From Gammaproteobacteria bacterium (GTDB lineage Bacteria > Pseudomonadota > Gammaproteobacteria > Ga0077536): a stretch of DNA of 64,000 nucleotides. The notes under the pieces are model-generated. The model did not search any database and had not been told where the DNA came from. It saw nothing but the letters and a program-made list of their open reading frames with translations. This document shows, in pieces, positions 45,313 through 53,911 of the stretch. Position numbers and translations under genes: made by a program. Every line of letters begins with the position of its first letter. Position 1 is the first letter of the stretch. Where the stretch lies: NCBI GenBank assembly GCA_947450495.1, contig CANFVX010000001.1, positions 16,434-80,433 of the forward strand. The letters are read 5' to 3'.

Positions 45313-46422
45313 TTACGGTCTTCCGGATGCACGCGCCAACACGCGTTGATAAACGCCTGCCGTGCGTTCGGCGATGCCTTGCCAGGTAAATTGCGCGAGT
45401 ACGCGCGCTCGCGAGGCCTCGCCCATCGCGGAGCGCAGCGCGGCGTCATCGGCGATTTTGTTGATGGCTTCCGCCAAAGCCGTTGGATTCGCCGGCGGTA
45501 CCAGCAAGCCGTTCACGCCGTTTTCTATCAGCGCAGGGATGCCGCCGACCCCGCTGCCCACCATCGCCCGAGCACATGCCATGGCTTCAAGACCTGCGAT
45601 GCTCGTCGCTTCCATCAACGACGGCAACACCGCGATATCCGCTGCGCGATAGACCTCGGGCATTAAATCGTTTGGCGTCTCGCCGGCCAGCAAGGCCCGG
45701 CCAGCGCTGCCGTCGTTGCGCAGGATGTCGGTGATGGCGGCGCGCTCGGCGCCCTCGCCCACAAACACAAAGCGCACGTTCGGGTGGGTCTGTTTGACCG
45801 CTTGAGCGGCGATCACCACGCCATTTTTGGCCACCAGACGTCGGGCAATGACCACCAGCACCTCGTGCTCCGCGACGCCCCAACGTTGCCGCAGGGCAGG
45901 CGCGACGCCAGGACAAAATCGCTGGGCATCGACACCGTTCGGGAGATAGCTCACCGGTCCGCGGTAGCCGGCGCGTGTGCTCGCAGCCGCCAGTTCTTCG
46001 CTGGGGGCGAGGATATGGGCACAGCCCGCGATGAGATGACCCAGACGCTGCAAGCGGTGCCCGCCAAGGGCGAGGGTTTTGAGAAAGCCAGAGGTATGGT
46101 TGGTAAAGACGACCGGCAAGCCCGTGGCGAGCGCGGCGCGCAAAGGCCGCAAACCGTGCACGTGAATCAGGTCGAAAGCCTGGGCCGCCACGCGCCGTTT
46201 CAGCCATCTGGCGAGCAGAAAATCGTGCAAGGGCTGCGCGCGAATCAAGGGCGAATAGCGCTCAAGATTCGCTTCCTCCAGCGCGCCCGGCCAGGGCGGC
46301 GCGACCACGGAAACCTGCACGCTGGCCTTGCGTAAAGCCGACGCGAGTTCAAAGACATGAGTCGCGACCCCGCCGACGCGGGGCGGATATTCGCTGGTGA
46401 TGAACAACACCCGCAGGTTCAT
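45313..46422 (-). CDS. glycosyltransferase family 4
   Basis: GT4 fold with E-x7-E-like motif (EATSIAGLEAMACARAMV). Confidence 0.8.
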   Translation of the reverse strand: MNLRVLFITSEYPPRVGGVATHVFELASALRKASVQVSVVAPPWPGALEEANLERYSPLIRAQPLHDFLLARWLKRRVAAQAFDLIHVHGLRPLRAALATGLPVVFTNHTSGFLKTLALGGHRLQRLGHLIAGCAHILAPSEELAAASTRAGYRGPVSYLPNGVDAQRFCPGVAPALRQRWGVAEHEVLVVIARRLVAKNGVVIAAQAVKQTHPNVRFVFVGEGAERAAITDILRNDGSAGRALLAGETPNDLMPEVYRAADIAVLPSLMEATSIAGLEAMACARAMVGSGVGGIPALIENGVNGLLVPPANPTALAEAINKIADDAALRSAMGEASRARVLAQFTWQGIAERTAGVYQRVLARASGRP

Positions 46423-47636
46423 GCTCGAGCAACCTTATTCGCCACCGGCGTTGGGCCGCCGCTGAGCGTGGTCGCCCACGCGATGCCAGCAAAACAGAGC
46501 CACCCCACCCAGTGCCCGCGCGAGAGCGGGTAGCCCACCAGCCACACGCTCATGCCGGTTGCCAGCAGCGCAAGTCCGGCGGCGCGGGGCACTGCAGCGC
46601 TGCGCGCGAGGCGGCAGAGCAAATAAGCCAGCGCGACATAAAAAATCAGCACCCCGGGTAAGCCCTGTTCGAGCTGAATTTGCAGCAGAACGTTATGCGG
46701 ATAGGAGGGCAAGTCCGCCGGCTGATGCGTTAGCGGCATGAGCCAGTGCCCGCCCGGCACGTAATCGCTGTTCTTGAAGCCGTACCCCAGCCAGGGCCGT
46801 TCGGCGATGAGCTGTCCCGAGAACTCCCAGATGTCGATCCGGTGGCGCCATGAAAAATCCGCAACGCGTTGCGTTATCCAGACGCTGCTGCCAAGAAACG
46901 GGGCGCAAAAGTGGATTAGCGCGACCGCGACACCCAAGCCATACAGCGCGAGCCGGGGCAGGACGAGCGCGCACGCCCAGGTGCTCGCGCCCACGATGAA
47001 AGCGAGTCGCGGCGCGCTGCCAATCCCCGCCCATACCGAGTAGGCCATCAGCCCTAGCGCAACGCAGGTGACTAGCCGCCAAGGCGCACTCAACCGCAGC
47101 GCCAGCGCTGGCGCGATCCACACCAGAATGGCCAGCGCTGCGGTAGGCACATTCAATTTGAGCCCGGCATCCACCGCGGGCGCGTGCGCCAGCCAGCTGC
47201 GAAACAGAAATCCCCAGCGCGTCTGCACCGCTAGTAGCAGGACTGCTACGGCAATGCCGCCGAGAAGTGCTTTGGTGAGCGCCGGTCGGTCAAGGTCGGG
47301 ACGGCCGGCGCAGACCGCAGCGAACAGGGTCAACGGGCCGCATTCCAGAAGAAAAAGGCTGGCGTCCACAGCCGCCACATGAGCATTGATCGCCCAGAGT
47401 GTGCCGAGCAAACCCCACGCGCTCATTGCCACCACCAGACTGGGCACCACGGCAGCGCCCAGCGCCGGCCTGACCACGCGGTGATTCACGGCTAACCACC
47501 ACAGCGCAAACAACGGCCCGAACAAACCGGTAGGCGTTGGCGCCAGCGCAAACAGCGTGGGCATCGCAAACAAAAACAGCGCCAGCCCTGCCGGGCGAAG
47601 CGCTGCATTCGCGGGACTCTCGTTAGCGGGGAACAA
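46419..47636 (-). CDS. waaL: O-antigen ligase family protein (WaaL-like)
   Basis: About 10 TM helices with large periplasmic loop; Wzy_C-like region with conserved Arg/His (RHRIDIWE...H). Confidence 0.7.
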   Translation of the reverse strand: MFPANESPANAALRPAGLALFLFAMPTLFALAPTPTGLFGPLFALWWLAVNHRVVRPALGAAVVPSLVVAMSAWGLLGTLWAINAHVAAVDASLFLLECGPLTLFAAVCAGRPDLDRPALTKALLGGIAVAVLLLAVQTRWGFLFRSWLAHAPAVDAGLKLNVPTAALAILVWIAPALALRLSAPWRLVTCVALGLMAYSVWAGIGSAPRLAFIVGASTWACALVLPRLALYGLGVAVALIHFCAPFLGSSVWITQRVADFSWRHRIDIWEFSGQLIAERPWLGYGFKNSDYVPGGHWLMPLTHQPADLPSYPHNVLLQIQLEQGLPGVLIFYVALAYLLCRLARSAAVPRAAGLALLATGMSVWLVGYPLSRGHWVGWLCFAGIAWATTLSGGPTPVANKVARA

Positions 47637-47766
47637 CGTGGCGGTCTGCGGGGATTAAAGCGCGGGAGAGCGAGCGGGTAGTGTAGGAGAAAAGCGGCGG
47701 CGGTCTCCATCGCGCATGCAACTTGCACTGCTTTTGATTAGTCTTCGCCGCTGCCCACATTAGCCC

Positions 47767-49221
47767 GTGTTAAACCTCATGACCGAATCGAAATTCGCGT
47801 CGCTCGCCGCCGCTTTGAAGTCGCCGGTTAATCTCTCGCTGCTACTGCTCACCGTGCTCGTGTCGTTTGGTGGCGTGCTGGTGATGGAAGTCCACGGCAC
47901 GGCGGTGTTTTACGCCGCAATGGCGCGCCAAATGGTGGAGTCCGGCGACCTGCTAGCGCCTTTTCGCGGCGATACCGGCTACCTCCTGAAGCCCCCTCTC
48001 GCCTTCTGGTGGAGCGCGGCAAACACGCTCTTGATGGGCTATTCCAATCTGGCCGTGACCTTACCTTCGCGCCTCGGCGGTCTGGGGTGTGCGGTGATGA
48101 CGGCGCTTCTGGCCCGGCACTTTCATCGCAAGCCGTTTGCGGTGTGGGTAGCGGTGCTGTTGTTCGTGATGAACGGAATCTACATCCAGTTCACCACCGC
48201 CTTCCGTCTCGATTCACTGATGACGTTCGGGGCCCTGCTGATGCTGTGGGGCTATCTCAAATTGCCGCGTGCAAGCGGCGCTCTGGCGCTGTGGAGCGGC
48301 ACGGCCCTCTCGCTCATGACCAAGGGCCCGATGATTCTCGTGATGTTGGGGATAATGCTGCCCCACGCGCTGGTTTCGCCCCATTGGCGTGGGGCCCGCG
48401 CCAATCTTTTGCGCTATGCGCCGCTGCTGCTGCTGCCGCTCGCCTGGTACGGATTCATCTGGATTTTTCACGGCGACGAATTGTCCCGCCAGCTTTCCCA
48501 GGATTTTTGGCGTGGCGATACCAGCAAACTCAGTCGCTTTGATTCCGTCTGGCTGGAATACGTCACCAAACCCTTTTATCGCCTGGGTCCCTGGCTGGTG
48601 CTCATTTTCATCGCGATCTATCAGGAGTTGCGCCTCGCGGCGTCGGCCAGCGTTGCCGTGCCGCGGCGCGCCGATGCGGCCTTGCTATTGGCGCTGGTGT
48701 TCATTAACACGATCATCGCGGTGCTCAAGCCAGACCCCGACGTGCGGTATTTCTATTCCGTTCTGCCGCTGGTGGCGGTCATGGGCGGCGGCGTGATGGC
48801 ACGGCGCTTTGGCGCACGCGTGCCGCGCTGGGCGGCGCTGCTCATCGGCGCGCTGTTGCTGAGCGGCGCGGCCGGCGTGGCATGGTTCAACGTCAACGCC
48901 TACCCGGGTCATCGTGGCTTGCTGGCGATAGAGGCACTCGCCGAGCGCGGTGAGCTCACGCCGGCGAACACGCTGCTGATGGTTGAGCGGATCCCCAAAC
49001 CGAATGAGCCCCGGCGCAACGACCCAATCCCGGACGCCGTGTATTTCTACTTCGGGCTTAAGCTCCCCAGTGCAATCAAGCTGCCGACGGACGGCGCACT
49101 CCCGGCAGCCACCCGCTTCGTGCTGTTACCCCGCACAGCCCGGATGCTGAAGACGGTCGCGCCGCTGGGCTGGCCCGAGCGTGCGCGGTCCGAAAAATTT
49201 ATCCTGCTCGAGCGACCCTGA
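47767..49221 (+). CDS. ArnT/PMT-like glycosyltransferase (GT39/GT83, PMT_2 family)
   Basis: Multi-TM N-terminal half with ArnT-like motifs, large C-terminal periplasmic domain. Confidence 0.65.
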   Translation: MLNLMTESKFASLAAALKSPVNLSLLLLTVLVSFGGVLVMEVHGTAVFYAAMARQMVESGDLLAPFRGDTGYLLKPPLAFWWSAANTLLMGYSNLAVTLPSRLGGLGCAVMTALLARHFHRKPFAVWVAVLLFVMNGIYIQFTTAFRLDSLMTFGALLMLWGYLKLPRASGALALWSGTALSLMTKGPMILVMLGIMLPHALVSPHWRGARANLLRYAPLLLLPLAWYGFIWIFHGDELSRQLSQDFWRGDTSKLSRFDSVWLEYVTKPFYRLGPWLVLIFIAIYQELRLAASASVAVPRRADAALLLALVFINTIIAVLKPDPDVRYFYSVLPLVAVMGGGVMARRFGARVPRWAALLIGALLLSGAAGVAWFNVNAYPGHRGLLAIEALAERGELTPANTLLMVERIPKPNEPRRNDPIPDAVYFYFGLKLPSAIKLPTDGALPAATRFVLLPRTARMLKTVAPLGWPERARSEKFILLERP

Positions 49222-49231
49222 ACTGCGGCGC

Positions 49232-49873
49232 TCATTTCAGCGGACGACTTCTCAGCGCGCCGGCGATGCGCTCGCCGACGCGGTCGAGTCGTTCCGAGCC
49301 CCAGAACAATTCGCCATCCACCCGCCAGCTTGGCACGCCAAACACGCCGCAGCGCTCGGCCTCTTGCTGAATTTGCTGGTAGCGAGCGAGACCTTTTTCC
49401 GTCTGCCAGCGCGCAAACGCTGAGGCGTCGGCGCCAGCCAGTTCGATCAGCGGCGTCAGCGCGGCGGGGTCTTCTAGATCGAGTTCGCGCGCCCAGAACC
49501 GGGCAAATACCGCGTCGTGGAAGCGCCGCCAGTCGCCAGTTTCGACGGTGTACAAAAAGGCCATATGCGCCGGTGCGCTGTTAAACACCTTGCGCGGCCC
49601 GCGTAAGACCAGCCCGCGCCGCGTGGCCTCGCGTCGACAGTCCATATAGGCGTAGCGCACCCGTCGCCATTGGTGTGCGTTGCGTTCTTCAAGCAACACC
49701 CGACCCTCGGCATCCACTTCTGCCTTGCCCAGATAACTCGGGATGTCGAGCGTGTAGGGAAGGCGCTCAACCATGATGCCGAACTCACGCTCCAGACTGT
49801 CGGTAGCGTGCTGGGCCAGATAGGCATAAGGGCTTTTGTAATCGAAAAAATGTTGGACTACGGGGCTGGTCAT
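49232..49873 (-). CDS. DsbA-like thioredoxin-fold protein, 2-hydroxychromene-2-carboxylate isomerase family
   Basis: N-terminus VQHFFDYKSPYAYLA typical of HCCA isomerase/FrnE family; start at MTSPVV (complement 49871-49873). Confidence 0.65.
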   Translation of the reverse strand: MTSPVVQHFFDYKSPYAYLAQHATDSLEREFGIMVERLPYTLDIPSYLGKAEVDAEGRVLLEERNAHQWRRVRYAYMDCRREATRRGLVLRGPRKVFNSAPAHMAFLYTVETGDWRRFHDAVFARFWARELDLEDPAALTPLIELAGADASAFARWQTEKGLARYQQIQQEAERCGVFGVPSWRVDGELFWGSERLDRVGERIAGALRSRPLK

Positions 49874-49925
49874 CTGGCGTTCTCCTGAGTGGCGCGCCGT
49901 CATTTTCGACGCCGAAAAGTCTCGT

Positions 49926-50891
49926 TCAGCCGAGCAGACCTCGCGCACGAATCATAGTCAGGACTTGCTCGGGCGTGATTCGCGCCAGACAGTCGCTGGT
50001 GCGTAAACCGTAAAGGTCGGGTAAGCATTCGACGCCGGCTATGACATTGTCGGCTTGCCCCAACGCGTGATTGCGTCGCCAGTCAGAAGGACCGAACAGG
50101 GCGAACACCGGAACACCGGCCGCCGCGCAGGCGTGCATCGGCCCGGAGTCGTTGGTCACCGCGAAGCGCGCGTGGCTGGCCAGCGCCGCCAGTTGCGGAA
50201 TACTGAAGCGACCCGTCGCATCGATGCCAAGCGTCGCCGCCAGCGCGGCGTTGCGCTCAACGTCGTCCGCCCCGCCCAGCCAGACGATTGCCAGACCGGC
50301 AGCCTGCAGCGTCTGGGCGAGGGCCTCAAAGCCCGGCCAGCATTTGTCCTGCCGCGTCCGACTGGCGCCGGCGTGCATCACCACGAAGCCCGTCCGCTCT
50401 AGCGCATGGGTTTGCATGAAGGCCTCCACCTCGTCGCGCGCGGCGGCGGCGCAAGGCAGGCGGGGCCGCGGCGCGGCTGGCGTTATCCCGGCGGCGTCCA
50501 GCACCGCATTGAGCCGCAGAAAAACGTGGCTCTGCGCGTCCCAGCGGGTGGCGGGATGGAGGTTGTAGGGAAAACGCCTGTGCGAGCCCACGCGTTCCGG
50601 AATCCCGGACAGGGCACAAAGCAGTGCCGTGCGGTCGTTGCCCTGCAAGTCGTACACGCGACGGAACCGGCGGGCGCGCATCCAGCGCAAGGTGCTGGCC
50701 ACCGCGCGCCAGCCCTTGCGCGGGAAGCTCACGACTTCGAGCCCCGGCCACGCCGTGAAAAGTCCCGCAAAGGGCGGCGTGGTCAGCAGACAAACCGAGG
50801 ACTCCGGATGTCCACGGACGATGGCATCAATCAGCGCCGTCGCCATGATCACATCGCCCAGCGCACCTTGTTTGATGATCAGAACCGACAT
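49926..50891 (-). CDS. glycosyltransferase family 9 (heptosyltransferase-like), second copy
   Basis: IIKQGALGDVIMATAL ... NDSGPMHACAAAG GT9 motifs. Confidence 0.8.
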   Translation of the reverse strand: MSVLIIKQGALGDVIMATALIDAIVRGHPESSVCLLTTPPFAGLFTAWPGLEVVSFPRKGWRAVASTLRWMRARRFRRVYDLQGNDRTALLCALSGIPERVGSHRRFPYNLHPATRWDAQSHVFLRLNAVLDAAGITPAAPRPRLPCAAAARDEVEAFMQTHALERTGFVVMHAGASRTRQDKCWPGFEALAQTLQAAGLAIVWLGGADDVERNAALAATLGIDATGRFSIPQLAALASHARFAVTNDSGPMHACAAAGVPVFALFGPSDWRRNHALGQADNVIAGVECLPDLYGLRTSDCLARITPEQVLTMIRARGLLG

Positions 50892-50897
50892 GCCGCG

Positions 50898-52037
50898 TTA
50901 GTCGTTCAGCGACCAGCGGGGCTGGCCGAGGCGGGTACAGAGGTCTGCGTAGACCCCAAGCGTGGCGCTCTGCAGTCGTTCGGTGGTGAAAGGATGTGTC
51001 GCCGGAACGATCGGCGGCGCTTGGAGAAACTGCGCGGTGCGCGCGGCGACGGCGTCCAGATCGCCCACCGCCACGAGCCCTGCGGGTAATACCTCGCGAA
51101 GAATTTCGCCGGTGCCGCCGTGGTCATAGCCAATCACAGGCGTGCCGAGACTTAAGGCTTCGATGGTCGTTCGCCCGAACGCCTCGGGCTCACCGGTCAG
51201 CGAAAACGCGCAGGCGCTAATGCCCAGCACTTCCCGCAAATCGCTACGCTGCCCGAGAAAAGTGACGGCATCGGCGACACCCAGCGTAGCCGCCAGCGTG
51301 TGCAATTCCTGCTCAAACGCCTGTTTGCGCGGATGCGCGCCGCCGGCCAGTAGCCCATGGACCAGCAGCCCCCGCGCCTTGAGACGCGCAAGGAGTTGCA
51401 AGAAATCCTCCTGGCCTTTCCATCGCGTGAGCCGGCCCGGCAACACCAGCAAAGCCTTGCCGGCGAGTGCCGGATGCGTCTGCGCCCAATCGGCTTGCCA
51501 GGCGGCGTCGGGCACAAAGCCATAGGGCCAACGTTCGGGTGCCACGCCGCGCGGGATGAGCGTAATCCGCGTCGCGTCCACGCCGGGATAAGACCGTGTG
51601 ATGTAGTCGTGAATGAACTGCGAAATGGCGATCACCTGCTCGCCGCTCACCATGATTCGGCTGTAGCGGTTCACCGTGTACGGCCCGTGCACGGTGGTGA
51701 CCCAGCGCGGGCGCTCTGCGACGTCTAAGCCCTGCCGCGCCCACCAGCCGAGCCAGGCCGGCAACCGCGAGCGGGCGTGAACGACATCCACCCGTTCGCG
51801 CCGAAAGATTTCCCTGAGGCGCCCGATGAGTCGCAGCGAAGAGAGGCGTTTGCGGCCAATGGGCAGGGCGATATGCGTGGCGCCGAGTGCTTCGAGTTTC
51901 GCGACCAGTCGGCCGCCTGCTGAAATGACGATCGCACGATGACCCGCCGCGACCAGCGCTTCGGCGATTTCCAGCGTGCCCTGCTCAACGCCGCCGACTT
52001 CGAGTTCCGGCAGTAGCTGGGCAACGGTGAGCCGCAT
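50898..52037 (-). CDS. glycosyltransferase family 4 (WaaG-like)
   Basis: GT4 fold, EAFGRTTIEALSLGTPVI motif. Confidence 0.75.
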   Translation of the reverse strand: MRLTVAQLLPELEVGGVEQGTLEIAEALVAAGHRAIVISAGGRLVAKLEALGATHIALPIGRKRLSSLRLIGRLREIFRRERVDVVHARSRLPAWLGWWARQGLDVAERPRWVTTVHGPYTVNRYSRIMVSGEQVIAISQFIHDYITRSYPGVDATRITLIPRGVAPERWPYGFVPDAAWQADWAQTHPALAGKALLVLPGRLTRWKGQEDFLQLLARLKARGLLVHGLLAGGAHPRKQAFEQELHTLAATLGVADAVTFLGQRSDLREVLGISACAFSLTGEPEAFGRTTIEALSLGTPVIGYDHGGTGEILREVLPAGLVAVGDLDAVAARTAQFLQAPPIVPATHPFTTERLQSATLGVYADLCTRLGQPRWSLND

Positions 52038-52043
52038 GGTCGA

Positions 52044-52952
52044 TCAGCGCGCCAGTTCGGCCGCGACGCGCACGGCACAGCGGGTGGCCTCGGCGAGCGG
52101 CGGATGTTGCGGCCATTTGCCGGTCGCTTGCCATTGCCCGAGCGACAGCACGCGTGACTCTGCGAGCAAGGTCGGGGCGATGCGCGTGATGCGATCTGCA
52201 CGGCGCGCCGGCACCTCCAGCACGCCCACGGCGCAACCGGCGCTCAGCGCTTCAAACAGCATGGAGACACTGTCGGCGGTGACCCACGCCGCCGGGGCTC
52301 GCATCAGCGCCTCGCGCAGCCAGTCTGGACCACAGCTCGCGTGAGACACGAAGTGCACGCCATCACCCACGCGCTGCATGAGTTGCGCCGTGGTGCTGGG
52401 CGGGGTGCGCCGTGAGTCGGTTATCACGAGCGATGTTTCACCCAAAGCGGCGAGCAAGCGGTCGATTTGCCCGAGCAAGCCGCCTTCATCCCAGCGGTGA
52501 TGACGCGACGGGCCGCCGACCAGCATGAGCGTCGCCCCAGTGCGCGGCCCAGACGACGGCACAAGGTCATTCAACACGCCTTCGGTCAGCATCACGCGCG
52601 CACCTGCGGGCACGCCGTCGTGGCGTGGGACAAGACAGAGGTCGAACAGCCCGCGCGGCAGCGACGGGTTCATCAGGTAGACGCTGCGGGCACCAAATGC
52701 CCGCGTCGCCGCCAGCATAGGCCACGCGCAGGCACTGCCCGCGCCGACCACCAGATCCGGCACTGCCAGGCCCGGACGCCCCGGCCAGATCCCGCGCAGC
52801 CACGCCCACCAGGCGTGAGAAATTTCACGGGCGTTGATTTCGATAATGGTGATGGGCCGCTGTATCGCGAGCGCGGACAGCAGCCCCGCAGTCTGTCGCT
52901 CATGGCCGGCTTTGCCGTCACGAAAGCGCCAGACTACGGTGGCGGGCTTCAC
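52044..52952 (-). CDS. ELM1/DUF1022 family protein (predicted glycosyltransferase-like)
   Basis: Motifs VVGAGS, LVGGPSRHHRWD, ITDSRRTP, SADSVSMLFEAL resemble the Mito_fiss_Elm1 family. Confidence 0.5.
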   Translation of the reverse strand: MKPATVVWRFRDGKAGHERQTAGLLSALAIQRPITIIEINAREISHAWWAWLRGIWPGRPGLAVPDLVVGAGSACAWPMLAATRAFGARSVYLMNPSLPRGLFDLCLVPRHDGVPAGARVMLTEGVLNDLVPSSGPRTGATLMLVGGPSRHHRWDEGGLLGQIDRLLAALGETSLVITDSRRTPPSTTAQLMQRVGDGVHFVSHASCGPDWLREALMRAPAAWVTADSVSMLFEALSAGCAVGVLEVPARRADRITRIAPTLLAESRVLSLGQWQATGKWPQHPPLAEATRCAVRVAAELAR

Positions 52953-52965
52953 CTGCGGGGCAGGC

Positions 52966-53886
52966 TCAGACGTAGGTCAGCCAGCCTTCGGGGCAGGCGC
53001 GCTTACCTTGCACAGTGTCGAGGTAAGCAGACTGCAGCAGCTTGGTGACCGGACCCGGTTTGCCCTCGCCGATGGCGCGGTTGTCGAGCTCACGAATGGG
53101 TGTGACCTCGGCCGCGGTACCGGTGAAGAAGGCTTCGTCGGCGATGTAGATTTCATCGCGGGTGAAGCGCTTTTCCACCACCTTGATGCCGGCCTCGTGG
53201 GCGAGCTGCATGATGGTGTCGCGGGTGATGCCTTCCAGCGCACACACCGGATCCGGCGTGTACAGCACCCCTTTGCGCACGATGAAAATGTTCTCGCCGC
53301 TGCCTTCCGCCACCATGCCGTCCTTGTCGAGCAGCAGGGCTTCGTCGTAACCGTCACGCGCGGCGTCTTGCAGCGCCATGATGGAGTTCAGGTAGTTGCC
53401 GGTCGCTTTCGCTTTCGACAGCACGCTGTTGACGTGATTACGCGTGAAGGAAGAGGTCTTGATGCGGATGCCTTTTTCCAGCGCGTCGCCACCGAGGTAC
53501 GCGCCCCAAAACCATGCCGCCACCACCACGTGCACCGAGAGGCCTGCCGCGTGCAGGCCCATGCCTTCGGAGCCGTAGTAGGCCAGCGGGCGGAGGTAGG
53601 CGGTTTCGAGTTTGTTTTCCCGCACGCAGTCCACGCAGGCCTGTTCAATCACGCTGCGCTCCAGGGTCATTTTCATGCCGAGGATATGCGCCGTGTCGTA
53701 CAGGCGCCGGATGTGCTCACCCAGCCGGAAAATGGCTGTGCCGCGATCGGTTTTGTACGCACGGATGCCTTCGAAGGCGCCGGTTGCGTAGTGCAGTGAA
53801 TGGGTCAGCACGTGCGTGTTCGCGTCGCGCCAGGGCACCATTGCACCGTCCATCCAGATCACGCCGTCGCGATCCGCGTAGCTCAT
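52966..53886 (-). CDS. ilvE: branched-chain amino acid aminotransferase
   Basis: Class IV PLP aminotransferase; YLRPL, GTAAEVTPI motifs. Confidence 0.9.
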   Translation of the reverse strand: MSYADRDGVIWMDGAMVPWRDANTHVLTHSLHYATGAFEGIRAYKTDRGTAIFRLGEHIRRLYDTAHILGMKMTLERSVIEQACVDCVRENKLETAYLRPLAYYGSEGMGLHAAGLSVHVVVAAWFWGAYLGGDALEKGIRIKTSSFTRNHVNSVLSKAKATGNYLNSIMALQDAARDGYDEALLLDKDGMVAEGSGENIFIVRKGVLYTPDPVCALEGITRDTIMQLAHEAGIKVVEKRFTRDEIYIADEAFFTGTAAEVTPIRELDNRAIGEGKPGPVTKLLQSAYLDTVQGKRACPEGWLTYV

Positions 53887-53911
53887 AAGCTCTCTCCCAG
53901 AAATCGAGTTT

